A DNA stretch of 48,749 nt, counting the filler, from Circinaria calcarea (lineage: Eukaryota): assembly GCA_051942165.1 (NCBI GenBank). It is 2 parts of 2 records of this genome, joined end to end, with 100 filler letters (N's around TTAATTAATTAA, not from the genome) between each part and the next. Parts side by side here need not be neighbours in the genome. Positions count along the whole stretch, not along the records: positions 24,440 to 48,749 come from JAVECS010000107.1; 1 more part is not named here. One strand, written 5' to 3'. Below, piece by piece: positions 24,440-35,936 of the stretch; the stretch's first letter is position 1; each line of letters begins with the position of its first letter. The notes beneath the pieces are model-generated. The model did not search any database. It was not told the origin of the DNA and worked only from the letters and a program-made list of their open reading frames with translations. The translations under genes and the position numbers were made by a program.

Positions 24440-24693
24440 AAACGGGGAGGATGGGGGTGTGAGATTGGTCCTTTGAGGGTAGTTTTTAAAAGGCGGTATT
24501 GTTGTGATTAGATATGGGGGAGGAGGAATCCGTAAACATCGGGGTCTGGGATTGTGGGGTCAGAGATAGGGTCCAGCTTACGCCCCCGCAATGCCATTGC
24601 GCGTCGGGGCGAGGCGGGGTACGGAGTAGCTATGCCCCACTATGCAAACATCCCTCCTGGTGATAAAGGATGCCAAAACCAAATGCAAAAATT

Positions 24694-24790
24694 TGACTAG
24701 GGGGAGGATCGAACTCCCGACCTTCTCCGTCCAATTTACACAGATCAAAGCTTTGTAAAGGAGAAATCATAACCGCTAGACTACCCAGCC
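24694..24790 (-). tRNA. tRNA-Val(TAC) with 24-nt intron
   Basis: Acceptor stem GGCTGGG/CCTAGTC plus discriminator A. D arm GTC TAGCGGTTAT GAT. Anticodon stem TCTCC/GGAGA with loop TT-TAC-A^C. T arm GGGAG TTCGATC CTCCC. The intron carries TGTAAA, complementary to the anticodon loop. A T5 Pol III terminator follows. Confidence 0.95.
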
Positions 24791-25026
24791 AATCACGTAA
24801 TGTTACATTTGCTTATTATAATTTATATATTTATCGACAGTCCAAAGACCCCGAAACGGATTCTTAGGGCCAATTGGGCCTTCAAGGTATTTACTATGAT
24901 CACAGGGGGGGGGTTTTTGGTATTACCGAAGTCACTAAAATCCCAGTTCAGACCATGGCTCATACAATCTAACTCTTCTTCCCATCCTCCTCACTGGAGT
25001 CCTACTATTATTCTCTTACTAGTACT

Positions 25027-25695
25027 ATGACTCCACCTCTACCACCTCCTCCTCCACCTCCTCCACTTCTCCAGGCACCTCCACCTCCACCAGTTCAGGT
25101 ACCTCCACTCCTTCAGGCACCTCCACCTCCGCCGCCTCAAACGCCTCATCCACCTGCGCCGCCTCAAACGCCCCACAGACAGAAGCAATTGAGTCGCGAC
25201 CTCCGCCTCAAGGCGCAAACCTTGCGCGAAATCGACTGGACGTACATGGCGATCGCCAAACACCTCAACATCTCCGTCCGTCAGGTGCAATATGCCGTCA
25301 CCCACCGGCCCACGCCTCAGAAACACAAAACGGGGCGAAAACCAAAGGTCAACCCTACTTCTCTCCAAACTCACGCGCCGGGCCACGCAGCAGCAGCGAC
25401 ACCAGCAGCTGCAGCGTATCCGAGGAACGAAATGCAGGCACGGGGTCTTCGACGGATGGATTGGCCTCCGCATCCGCCTGATTCGAACCCGATTGAGCAG
25501 GTGTGGAATTCGATCAAGGGCCGGATTCGGGAGCGTTACGGCGGGGAAGACAAGCTCTCTTGCGATACACTAAGGAAGGCGGTGAGGGAAGCGTGGGACG
25601 CTGTTACAGAGGATCAATTACGGGATCTTATCCCATCAATGCGGGCTCGCTCTCAGGTTGCAGTTGATGCAAATGGTATGTATACCAAAGATTAG
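25027..25695 (+). mobile_element. Internally deleted IS630/Tc1/mariner transposase ORF (non-autonomous derivative)
   Basis: HTH (SRDLRLKAQTLREIDWTYMAIAKHLNISVRQVQY...TGRKPK) is fused directly to the end of the DDE domain (QTHAPGH...WPPHPPDSNPIEQVW...LRKAVREAWD...LIPSMRAR...ANGMYTKD). Confidence 0.85.
25031..25165 (+). repeat. CCA/CCT-rich low-complexity repeat encoding a poly-proline leader
   Basis: Repeated CCTCCACCT units, plus duplicated (CTT/CTC)CAGGCACCTCCACCTCC and GCCGCCTCAAACGCC blocks. Confidence 0.7.
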
Positions 25696-26032
25696 ATCGA
25701 TTTCATATAAATAACCAGGTCTTTCAGAATCCAACGAAAGCAGGCACTGATCTACTAGTACCGTGCTAACAACAATTTCCCACTCGACCACAAGTACAAA
25801 AATGTCGAACTCAGGGGTTTTGGTAGAAATTCACATACTGAAGGCAATGACATCACTTATTGAGTTTTCATCGCAGATGGTATTTTACATATCCCGCCGA
25901 GAAGCAGGTCATGAATAATCCTTGAGCCAGAGCGAAGCCAAAAATCCTTTTCCTATTCGCTATACCTATATACCACCTACGTCCTGAACCCCAACTCCCA
26001 GCTATGGAGAGCGCCGCCTGCGAGTAGACCTC

Positions 26033-29000
26033 CTAACTCCCGTCTGTACCTGCCTTCCGTGCCTTCCCAGCGCCTTTCTTCCGTTTTCTAGGCCTCTTAG
26101 GGGCCTCATACTCGTCCCCACTCCCAGACTCCGAAGCGACCACATCCTTTGACGCAGCACTCCTCCTTACCCTCGGTCTCTTTGTTGTCGCCTGACCTTC
26201 GTCCACACTGTTCACTTCCTCGGCAACAGTCTCACAGACCACTTCGGCCTCACTTTCCCCTATCGTCCTCTCCTTTGCCCGCGCATGCAGCCTTCCCAAA
26301 GCACTTTCCATCCTTTGGCTCTTACCCTCCCCCCTCCTCCTTGGCGCAAATGCCCCATTGCCACTCGCTTTCTCCCTACCCCCAACGCCAACAGCACCGC
26401 CAAAGAACTGTGTAATGTTGGCTTGTGTTCCTTCGGTCTCTCGACGATTCATATCCCTGATGACAGGAACGAGAATCTCATCCGCCCTTTCCTGACTCCA
26501 TCCGATTGTGGCCATCAGAAACTGCCTGAGAGCATCCAGATCTGGCACGCCCCACGCAAAGGGTGACGGATCGCTATCGACTTCGGGATGGAGATAGGCA
26601 TGGTCGACGCGCTTATCTGGAAAGGTGGGCGGCAGGAAGAGTTTGGCAGCATTGCGCCTAAACTTTCGACGAAAGGGGGATGAGGCATCTTCGGGGAGTT
26701 TTTGGCCCATTTGAACCTTGGACCACCACTCCTTGAAGTTCTCGAGGGAATCAAACTCTGAAAGGATTTCAAGAGCGGTGACCGGACCGATGGAGGGGAT
26801 GCCCTCGGTATAATCACTTCCCAGTAAATGGGCAATCTGAATGACCTTATTTCGGTCGAGGGAATACTCCTTTTCTAAATCAGACGAGAGGTAGCATTCT
26901 ACGAATTTGGCTTGGTTGAACATATTCTTGTATACGCGCGTGCCGCCGAAGAGAAATATATCAGAGTCATCTGTCACTATGCCGTCAACCAGTCCTAGAG
27001 ATACAAGTTCCGCGCATTGAGCTTCGGCCTCCATTGGTGCTGTAATGTAGGGCAAGCCGAAGAGCTTAAGGAGCTGCTGGCATTCAGTCACCATAATATG
27101 AGATACCTCATCCGCGTCACGCCGGTCTTTCTTCTGCTGGTTCCGCAGTTGACGAAGTTCCCGTTCATAGTCCTCGGCATTCTGTAGCTGTGACTTTGAG
27201 TTGAGAGTTGAGGCGAAACGAGCGTGTTCCTCGGCTTCCACAGCCAGCTGCCGCAGCAGTTCGTCATCGTCAGGATCGGAGTACATATCTTCGTCATCAA
27301 CTGGAACAGGCTCGGCACGCTCTTGTTCATATTCTCGATTAGCCAGCGCCAGCGACGCCTTCTCGTTATTCACCGCCGGTGCAGTGTTTGAAGCCTGATA
27401 TTCAGATAGCGAATGCAACAGACCTACGTTTTCGAACACTGGCGATGGAGACTTTTGCGACTGAGGTTCAACTTCACCACCCGCTGGATGAATTAGATCG
27501 TCCCTACGATCGTAATCCACTTTATTGGCTTCCAGGTCACTTTCCTCCCATTCAATTGCCTCTTCGATAGGTGAACCGTCACTCCTTTCCAACTCGCTTG
27601 CATTTGCCCCTTTGCCAAGTTTAGGTGATGATCCAACAGTATTTTCAGGTATCTCGGACTCAGGAGGCTCCACGCGGATCAAATCAGCCACATCACCCAT
27701 TCGGATCTCCGAATCGATAGGGATAGTTTCACCCATTATCACGTCATCCTCCCCACCATTGGATGATTCGAGGTCAATAATCTCCTGCGACACAGACTCC
27801 GGTGCGTCAAGATCAATGACTTCTCCGAATTTCTGTCTTTTCAGCACGGATTGATTGTCCACTGGACTTGCTCCGTTAGGTGGGTTTCCTTTATCAAGAT
27901 GCTGGTCTTCAAACGCTTTTTTTGCAGCGAGTTCTTTGCGTATGTCTTCAGTGAACCATGGTGGCAGAGGCGTAGCTACCTTTCTGGGCTCCGTCGCTTT
28001 TTTTTCAAATCCGCCTGCCTCCTCATCCAGAGGCTTCTTCTTTTTGCTGCTGAATATTGATTTCCCCAGGTTGATTGACTCAAAGGGTAAGGGTCCATCG
28101 AACTTTTTAGCTGCCTGAACATCAGTCGCTACCTTGGGCGAATTTGAAATAGTTGCTGCTGGAGGAGACACCAATTTTGGTCTTTCTGGTTCTCGTAAGC
28201 CGTGAACCTGAGATCCACCATGAGTCTTATATTTTGACTGCCTCGACTCAGTGAGAGCCGCTTGGAGATCTAAATCGGTACCTTCGATATCGCCATCATC
28301 GGAAAGAGACTGCGGTGTAGCGCCATTTGCTCGTGCGTTGATTAGATGAGCGTATGCACGACCGGCTGCTGCATTTTTCTGGTTGAATTCTAGAGGCCGG
28401 TCAATCCGAGGACCGTCGATGGTGGCTTCAGGAAGAGCTTCTGGTTCTGCTTGAGGCCATATTTCGAAGTTATCTTCGGGATTTTCAAGTGACATGGCGA
28501 TAGCCCTGCTTAGCTCATCATCTTCTGATGCGGTAGCTTGTATATCCTCGAAAAGCGCATCATACATTTCACTATTGGCATCCTTGTCCGAGAGTGGCAG
28601 ATCTTCAGGAATGAAAAGGGTGTCAGGATCCTCGTCGATGACTTCCTTACCCTTCCCAGTTTTTGACCCAGCGGCTTTCTGTCGTGCCTCATAGAGTGCA
28701 TGCCGACGGCCAAATAACTCGTTTGACTCATATTCATCGTCGTATTCCTGCGGTAGGGTATTAGGTACTCGCTTTGGCAGTCGATTCAACCCTTCAATTG
28801 GGACATCCTCAAACCCATCGTCTTCCCACCCATCCTCGTCATCAACATCCACGTTGACGCTCCTTCCGAAACTTTCAACATCGATGGGTTTATTTCTCTC
28901 CCCATCATGCTTATTGCTCACGACTCCCAGCGCCCATCCTCCTTCTACCCCATCGTTTTTGACCAACACATATTCCTTGCCCTTCTCACCGGCTACTCTT

Positions 29001-29911
29001 CCAGGTCCATTAATCCCAAACATAGCGTCTTTGCCATTCATGCCATTGATGTTCATCAACCTTGTCGTCAGTTCATTCCTATCCTTCACTCTGTCGATTT
29101 GGAACCTTGAAAATGCCATTCGATCCGGGAACATTGTGTCGAGTTGATCTTTGCTATGCCCCATTCTCAATCTACTTCTCAACCTTGCCGCGTTGAGAAT
29201 GTTGTAACGATCGCTAGCCGGTAGACTCATAAAAAATGGACTGTCAAAATCAATCTTGCTGAAATCATAGACACTGATGTCCTCACCCGTATGGAATTGC
29301 CTGGCGTAGTCCTCTAGATCCTCTTGACTCATGATTCTAGGATCATTAGGTGCGCCCATTTCTGAAAGACTGACGTCCAATTCGGGGAGATGATATGCAT
29401 CCTTTTTCTTGAATTGCCTATTCTGCTGCCTCTCCTTAGCTGTCATTTGCAACTCCTCGACATAGACCAGTTCATCCGGAATTTCCTCCTCCTCTGGATC
29501 AACGGTAGGCCTATCCCTCTCTTCCCTCCCTTCCCTCCTCTTTCTGTCTTCCTCCTCGGCCCTCCGCTGCATCTGGACCGCAAGCAGCTTGCCGGCCGTT
29601 CGCACCGCATCTTCTCTCCTGCCTTCCCTCCTTGCTTTTCTCCCGCTAATGGTCTGTCTCTTCAATGCCGGTGCGCCTCCGTCAAACACAAAGACCGGCT
29701 TGATTCCAATAAACAGGAGTTTGCAGATTCGTCTGAAGAACCCCACGACATGGGAATTTCGCAGCGCGTTGCCTTCTTTGTCGCGAACTGCTTTCAGGAA
29801 CTGGTAAATCCAAATCGACGCATCTACGGCAAGGCGCTTCTTGTTCAGCGTCTCTATCTTTATCGGACGCGCACAGGGTTGGACGACCGTCCAGAGACCT
29901 GTGACACCCAT
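26033..29911 (-). CDS. RAD2: XPG-family nucleotide excision repair endonuclease Rad2
   Basis: Single 1292-aa ORF. XPG-N (MGVTGLW...AVDASIWIYQF...VFDG), XPG-I (APMEAEAQCA...TDDSD...LLGSDY), UIM-like EDDELSRAIAMSL and PIP box QANITQFF. Confidence 0.97.
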   Translation of the reverse strand: MGVTGLWTVVQPCARPIKIETLNKKRLAVDASIWIYQFLKAVRDKEGNALRNSHVVGFFRRICKLLFIGIKPVFVFDGGAPALKRQTISGRKARREGRREDAVRTAGKLLAVQMQRRAEEEDRKRREGREERDRPTVDPEEEEIPDELVYVEELQMTAKERQQNRQFKKKDAYHLPELDVSLSEMGAPNDPRIMSQEDLEDYARQFHTGEDISVYDFSKIDFDSPFFMSLPASDRYNILNAARLRSRLRMGHSKDQLDTMFPDRMAFSRFQIDRVKDRNELTTRLMNINGMNGKDAMFGINGPGRVAGEKGKEYVLVKNDGVEGGWALGVVSNKHDGERNKPIDVESFGRSVNVDVDDEDGWEDDGFEDVPIEGLNRLPKRVPNTLPQEYDDEYESNELFGRRHALYEARQKAAGSKTGKGKEVIDEDPDTLFIPEDLPLSDKDANSEMYDALFEDIQATASEDDELSRAIAMSLENPEDNFEIWPQAEPEALPEATIDGPRIDRPLEFNQKNAAAGRAYAHLINARANGATPQSLSDDGDIEGTDLDLQAALTESRQSKYKTHGGSQVHGLREPERPKLVSPPAATISNSPKVATDVQAAKKFDGPLPFESINLGKSIFSSKKKKPLDEEAGGFEKKATEPRKVATPLPPWFTEDIRKELAAKKAFEDQHLDKGNPPNGASPVDNQSVLKRQKFGEVIDLDAPESVSQEIIDLESSNGGEDDVIMGETIPIDSEIRMGDVADLIRVEPPESEIPENTVGSSPKLGKGANASELERSDGSPIEEAIEWEESDLEANKVDYDRRDDLIHPAGGEVEPQSQKSPSPVFENVGLLHSLSEYQASNTAPAVNNEKASLALANREYEQERAEPVPVDDEDMYSDPDDDELLRQLAVEAEEHARFASTLNSKSQLQNAEDYERELRQLRNQQKKDRRDADEVSHIMVTECQQLLKLFGLPYITAPMEAEAQCAELVSLGLVDGIVTDDSDIFLFGGTRVYKNMFNQAKFVECYLSSDLEKEYSLDRNKVIQIAHLLGSDYTEGIPSIGPVTALEILSEFDSLENFKEWWSKVQMGQKLPEDASSPFRRKFRRNAAKLFLPPTFPDKRVDHAYLHPEVDSDPSPFAWGVPDLDALRQFLMATIGWSQERADEILVPVIRDMNRRETEGTQANITQFFGGAVGVGGREKASGNGAFAPRRRGEGKSQRMESALGRLHARAKERTIGESEAEVVCETVAEEVNSVDEGQATTKRPRVRRSAASKDVVASESGSGDEYEAPKRPRKRKKGAGKARKAGTDGS

Positions 29912-30110
29912 GATCCCCTAGATCTCTCATCAAATTCGGTAGCACGTATGTCGAAAAGGTCCATGGCAGATGATCGGTATCTACTATGCTGCCATTCCTC
30001 CTGTTGTCAGTCTCCGTTCGTTCAGGTTAGCTTCCTCATATTGCATACGGTATTTTCTATTCAACTGTGTAAGCGTAAGGCGAGGTTGAACATTTCTGGA
30101 GGGTTCACGC

Positions 30111-30118
30111 TGACGTCA
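30111..30118. promoter_or_regulatory. CRE/ATF palindrome TGACGTCA upstream of RAD2
   Basis: Perfect bZIP (Atf1/CREB) consensus 200 nt upstream of the RAD2 ATG. A single 8-mer, so it could be chance. Confidence 0.3.
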
Positions 30119-30667
30119 TGTTATTTACGTCTAGGGGATTCACTTATTCGATGCCGGGAGTCGAGATTAAGTGAGGCAGGTGAGTAGGATTAGCTGAGCT
30201 GGTTTGGCGATGCTGCGTATGCATAGTCTAGGCTGTCGGAGTTGGGAATATAATGGTTGTGGAGCATACACAACTACACTAAGGAGCTACTCTGTATGCT
30301 GGACTATCGTTGTCTCGTACCGTCTTGAACTAAGAAGCAAGAGATGCATTGCAAAGAAGCATTCCAGCATTCCAACGCTGTGATCGGTTTTGAGACATGC
30401 CCGATACATGACACCGCCCCCCAACGCCCATATCACAAGCCAAAGCAAACTTCTTCGGCTCTTGCTCGGATATATTGGACCCACGAACGCCTCCTCTGAT
30501 GCAATTATGAAGGCTGACCAGTTTCGCTAACCCAGTGTTTGTCCCCTCGAATGATCGAGTCTTGACCCATGAGAATAACACTTCTCAGACACTTTGGCGC
30601 CTGTTGTTTAAGACCTAGCCTACCTCTTCACGATATCGAATGTGACAGGGAAAACCACGCTGGTAGA

Positions 30668-32428
30668 CTAATAACTCTGAGCAGACACCACCGCAGGCTG
30701 CAGGCCAATTAGCAAATCTCCGCAAGATCGGAGCAGCAATACTCACAGGACTATTCAGTATACTATTACGCTTGTTTCGTCCCTTCTTAATGTGGCTCTT
30801 CAACGCGCTCGAATCCAAAGGCTTTAGTAGCTCGAAACTACAGAGAAGCTCATCGGAAACAGACATAATGGCTCCCCAATTGTCGAACTCACCGCAATAC
30901 TAAATCGTCCTATCAGCCTAGGATAAATCACAGTCCACACAGGATGACTTACGTTAGGAGCTGAGAAGACAGTGACCAGAATGCGGTCCTGGAAAAATTC
31001 ATATCCGTCTTCAACCACCATGTGTGCTCTACACACCAAATCGAAGTCATTTCTTTGCAAGAAGTCCATAATCACCTTTTTTCCAAAACAGTAGCTCACA
31101 CCTCGTTCGTTGGCTTCCCAATCAGTCTCCATATCAGCAGGATCACTCCACAAGAGGTCGTTTAGAAGGCCATAGTCAGGCACATCAGTGGGTCTGGCGA
31201 TCTGCCGGATATCATCCATCTGCGATAAACTCGGAGAGAGCCCCCCGTGAACGCAAAATATCTTGCCAGCAACAATCGCCGCTATGGGAAGGCAATTGAA
31301 TGCGTCCACAAAGGTTTTCCAAATTTTGATATTGCACCGTCTCTTACATTCATCATAAAATCCATACACCCTCGTGACGTTAGCGCACTCGTGGTTGCCT
31401 CGTAAGAGGAAGAAATTCTCCGGGAACTTAAGCTTATAGCAAAAGAGCAATAGAATGGTTTCCAGGCTTTGCTTTCCACGATCTACATAGTCGCCGAGAA
31501 ACAAATAGTTTGCATTGGGCGGAAAGCCAGCCATCTCAAACATACGAATCAAGTCCGTATACTGTCCATGCACGTCACCAACTATTTTGACTGGCGCTGA
31601 CAGTTCAATCAGTGCAGGCTGAGCCAAGAGAACTTCGCGTACAGCAGTGCAAATGGCTGTGATCTCGGCATTCTTTAGACATACGGCCTTGGTGACCTTT
31701 GTCGAATATCCTGCATCTAGTAATCTGGTGATCATGTCATCAATGTCCATTGATCTTGGACTCCCTATTCCCAAACCTGGAGAACTTGCTACAAGAGTGG
31801 TGTCGTCTGAGATTAGACTAGCTAGGTCTGGTGATCTAGGACTAATCGTATTATCTTTCTTCATCAGTATAGACTCTTTTGGCTGCTGATTAGAAGATGG
31901 ATGCAACGTCCCTGTTGGCGGGAGGTCAGAAACGTGATCTACCTCACCCTTTTGCTGCGCTTTGCTGATCGATTGATGCCCTTTACCAAGTGATGCTGAT
32001 TGTGTGGGTGACGGTGGTGGTGGTGGAATGGGCGATTCCGTGCGTGGGGAACCAGGTGACAGCATCGATTCTGATGGAGGTGATGCTGGCGATTGCAAGG
32101 GTGGTTGTATTGAAAGCGCACGAGTTGCTTTTGATGCACCAGATTTCGCGCTTGTAGTAGACTTGATAGACCCTGCATCAGATTTGTCTGTTCCTCCAGT
32201 GACTGCGTCTATCTGGGATAGTGATGTTCTGGGACTGTCGGTCTTTATGCTTCCCGGAATTTTGGACCGGAATGATCCGCGGAGTGAGCGGGTGGACTCC
32301 TTTGTATCAGATTTGCCGAAAGAGGGTAGAGCTTGAAGGCCATCAGATGCAGATCGATCAAGGGATGTTGATGAAACGTTTGTAGGTGCCTTGGAACCAT
32401 CGCGCTGTTTGGAAGGCTGTTGGCCCAT
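30668..32428 (-). CDS. PPZ1: Ser/Thr protein phosphatase Z
   Basis: Myristoylation-type start MGQQPSK, a Ser/Pro-rich N-terminus, and PPP motifs GDVHG, GDYVDRG, LRGNHE and SAPN|YCGEFDN. Two 3' introns; ends SAQSY. Confidence 0.95.
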
Positions 32429-33569
32429 CCTTGTGCGTCTCGTCCAATACACAAGGCCGCTGCTCACTAAGCTCTGTCTTAGCTAGACTGGCTAGGAGCT
32501 TTTATATGAAGCTTCTATAGCTATCCAACAACACTATAGGAAGTGGCTTGTCCCAGCGACGCTTTTTGGCTTCTCCCTGGAACTGTCTGCGAGTATTTTG
32601 TGCAATTCCTTTCAACGGGTGCGGGCTTGCGGCTGCTATTTGGGTTTGGGGCCAATCTAGAGTAGCCTTATGGAGGCTCAAAGAGCGTAGACCAGAAGCA
32701 CAGGAGACGCGCTTCACCGGTCGACCATGTGTGCCTTGTAGGTAACAATCTCGAGCTGCTAACCTTTCTCAGGGTTGTCTCTGCTTGCAACGCCAGGTTG
32801 ATTGGAGGAAGCGATCTGGTAGCTGGTGTACAGTGTCTGGCCTCCAGATGGGAGCGCGGGTGGTGTGGATTGTGGAATGGGGGAGGCTTCGTTAGAATAG
32901 AGATTGTAATCTGTATTTCAAAGCGCGCCGTTAGCATACTATAATACACTGACTATGCATTTACATCGAACAGCGTTTACGATGCTTAGCAATTATGACA
33001 GGTACAGAAGGGATTTTTCGGACGGTGAGTAAGCTGACTCCGTAAAGCACACGTATCTACAAAGTCGGTATACTACGTAGATACCACATACCATCCAGGT
33101 TAGTTGACGAAAGGTACTTACGTTGCGAAGGACGTCTCATCAATGTAGAAGCACGTGCTGGCTCTGGTGGACCTGAGAGAAACCTGGCCTTGCGTGAAGA
33201 TGGAGCCTCAAACCCGGCGATTAAAATAAGGTTTCTGCCTTGCCGGATCGAGCAGTCTCTCCAGATCGTGTCGTAATCTTTTCTTAGCTCGGAATACACA
33301 TGTATTATTCCACTCCCTACAGTTACACGATTGTATACAACCCTATCGCCTATGATTAAGAAGCTGCCAGGGTATGACTTGAAGGAGCTCTTAATATCAA
33401 CATAGGATGAGAGACATACATGAGTAAAACCAGTAGACCCTATTACCATACAGCACTCGCGGGTGCCGCATTATGAGTGCTGATAGACAGCTCTGTGAAG
33501 CGGTACGTATCTTGGAGACAAGCTTGCTCAATCGTCGATATAGGCGACTGCTTCCCATCTTAAGTATAC

Positions 33570-35766
33570 TCACAATGTCCTAATAGCCTTTTCGAGCAAC
33601 GAATTGAAGTCCTTCACCCGGTCCAGCAATCCAGGCCCGTTAGCTGAGCTCACCTTTTGTGCAATGTTTCGGAGTGAGAACTCTAGCCCAGTCACATCTC
33701 CTTTGACGTCTTTCGTATCTCTGCTATGGCTCTCCTGCTGTGCTCTGCCTCGATGTACTGCCAACTTGATATCTCGGAGCATGCTGTCGAGTTCGTTTTT
33801 CTCCTAGTCCCGTTTTTTTAGAATCGAAAGAAATTTGTTGATGGTATGACAATTATGCATACCTGTGCTATCTTCGAGGATCTCTCGTGCTTTATTCTCA
33901 CCTCGTCCATTTGTAGGGCAACTGCTTCCCTTTCACCCCGAAGTCTTAGCAGCTCTTCTCTAGCAGCCACCATGGCCTTGTTGGCTTGGCGTGTTCGAAT
34001 CTTCAGTGCATAGTTGTTGTCCAGCGCCTCAGTCTAACACAGCTGGTTAGCGAAGTCTTAGGTCCTTTTGTATGTAGGGAATAACCATTTGAAAAAGCCG
34101 ATCATCCAATTCATCTCCAAATATCTCAATAGCCTTTCGCTTCCTAGTCCACTCTGCTCGTGATCTGTTGTTCCCTTCTCTATCCACGCCTTGCTGTAGT
34201 GTGTCCACGGTCTTATTTATGATCTCTCGGCAGACCTGGCTGAGGACGTCTACGGCATTCACTCCTCCTTTCTTTGGAAACGGAACTGGCCCTGCCAATA
34301 CGTCTGCCTCATCATCGATCTCCTGTACCCGAGACAGTCGATGAACGGTAACAGGAATACTTCCCACTACAGATTCGGATGACCGACGCTGCCCGGATTG
34401 CTTGATGGCGTTTCTTGATAAGGGAGGAGCGTTATGGGTTCTGTGAGGCGCTGCTTTGGATCCAGTGGTTTTCCTTCTACTTAAATCCCCCGAAACTACA
34501 CTTGGCCTCCTAGGTCGACCACGCCGCTTGTTCTGCTTAAGCTCCGCACCTACTTCAACATCCTTTTCATAGGAGATGGGCAATTCGTTTCCCTGTGTTC
34601 GTTCGGGCTCCGCTGTATGACTTTCTTCTTCTACCTGATCCTCTATGTCATCAACTCGAGCCAATCGGCCAGCGGGCAGTTGCACCGCCTCCTCATCCTG
34701 ACCTTGGAACTCACTTATAAGCTCCTCCTGGTCCGTGGTTACCTTGCTTTTTTCGGGATGAGGCAAGGTTGAAACTATAGACGGAGCTGTGACCGACTTC
34801 TTACGCGATTTCGAAAGCTGTACGATTGACTTGCGCCTTTTTCTCTTTGACTTAGGCCTTATATCTTCAGGCGGTTGAACTTCCGGTAAGACCACTGGTT
34901 CGTCCACCACATCACTTGGGTTTAGGGTCGGTTGAGCTGCGCTGCCACTAAAAGTCGTGACGATCTGTGTTGGAGTGACCTTTAGACGAAGTGGTGAATC
35001 CGGTGGAGCGATATTAACTCTTTTCCTTCCTGCCTGAACGATAGACTTCCGTTTCTTCCTCTTCTTCTTTGGTTGATCTGTGGATGAGGCTGATCTTGGT
35101 GGAACTATCCTTTCATCCTCCCCTTCGGCTCCTGATCCATCAATGGCAACCCCTTCTTGTTCGGAAGGTGCCCCACCTGCCGTGGCCTCTTTTTCGACCC
35201 CTTCCACTTGCACATGTGGTGTGAGTATAGCCGCATCTTTCCTGGGCCTCTGTACTTCGGGATTTGATACTGTAGTCGCCAATCTCCTCTTCTTGGTGAC
35301 ACTCCCAGACTCGTCTCTTTGGGTTGGCTGCGAATTGGACCTGCTATCTTCCTGCTCTTCGACCCCTGGTAATTTGACCGGTGACTGCCTCCCTGCTCGC
35401 TTTGAATGTAACGTAGAAGGCGTACGTCTTGAAGACTGCTGCGGCACTAGAGGTGTTGATTTCGGGGTCCTTCTCGACGAACGTTGAGGCGCAAGCTCTG
35501 GTTGGGGAGTGCGTCGGGGTCTCCCCGATATAATGGGCTTTAACGGGGACCGGTATGTGCCTGGTAATGCAATGTCGAAGCCAATATCTCTGATCTGACG
35601 TGTACTTTATATCCATTTGTTAGCAGTTATCCAGCTCGATGTATGTTGTATGCGGGACTCCTCACCCTGCTCCTCGCTGGCGCATCAAGAAGCGCTCTTC
35701 TCGATCTGTACTCATCCTCAGTCTTGCGATCCTCAACTACTAGTTTAATAACTTACTTGCCGCCAT
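33570..35766 (-). CDS. Inner kinetochore subunit Ame1/CENP-U-like protein with AT-hook
   Basis: Spliced start MAANREERFLMRQRGAGTRQIRDIGF, AT-hook KRRGRPRR, GVNAVDVLSQVCRE, then a C-terminal coiled coil (EALDNNYAL...REELLRLR) ending GLLDRVKDFNSLLE. Four introns. Confidence 0.7.
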
Positions 35767-35936
35767 TTGCTCTTGTGGGAAGATATTCTGCTTTTGTGAA
35801 AGCTGGTGCCGCGTCAAGCTACGTGAACCGCGTTCGGCACTTCGCAAATCAACGTCACCGCCAGACTCAATTGCCCAGCAGAACTTCAAATTCACCCCAT
35901 TCACAGTCCCTTGATTACAACAGCTAGCTGTGATCC

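Noticed and set aside
29390..30187. 265-aa ORF antisense to RAD2, and similar shadow ORFs opposite RRP9, the RING gene and PPZ1
   Set aside because: No recognisable domains. They are explained by codon structure on the coding strand.
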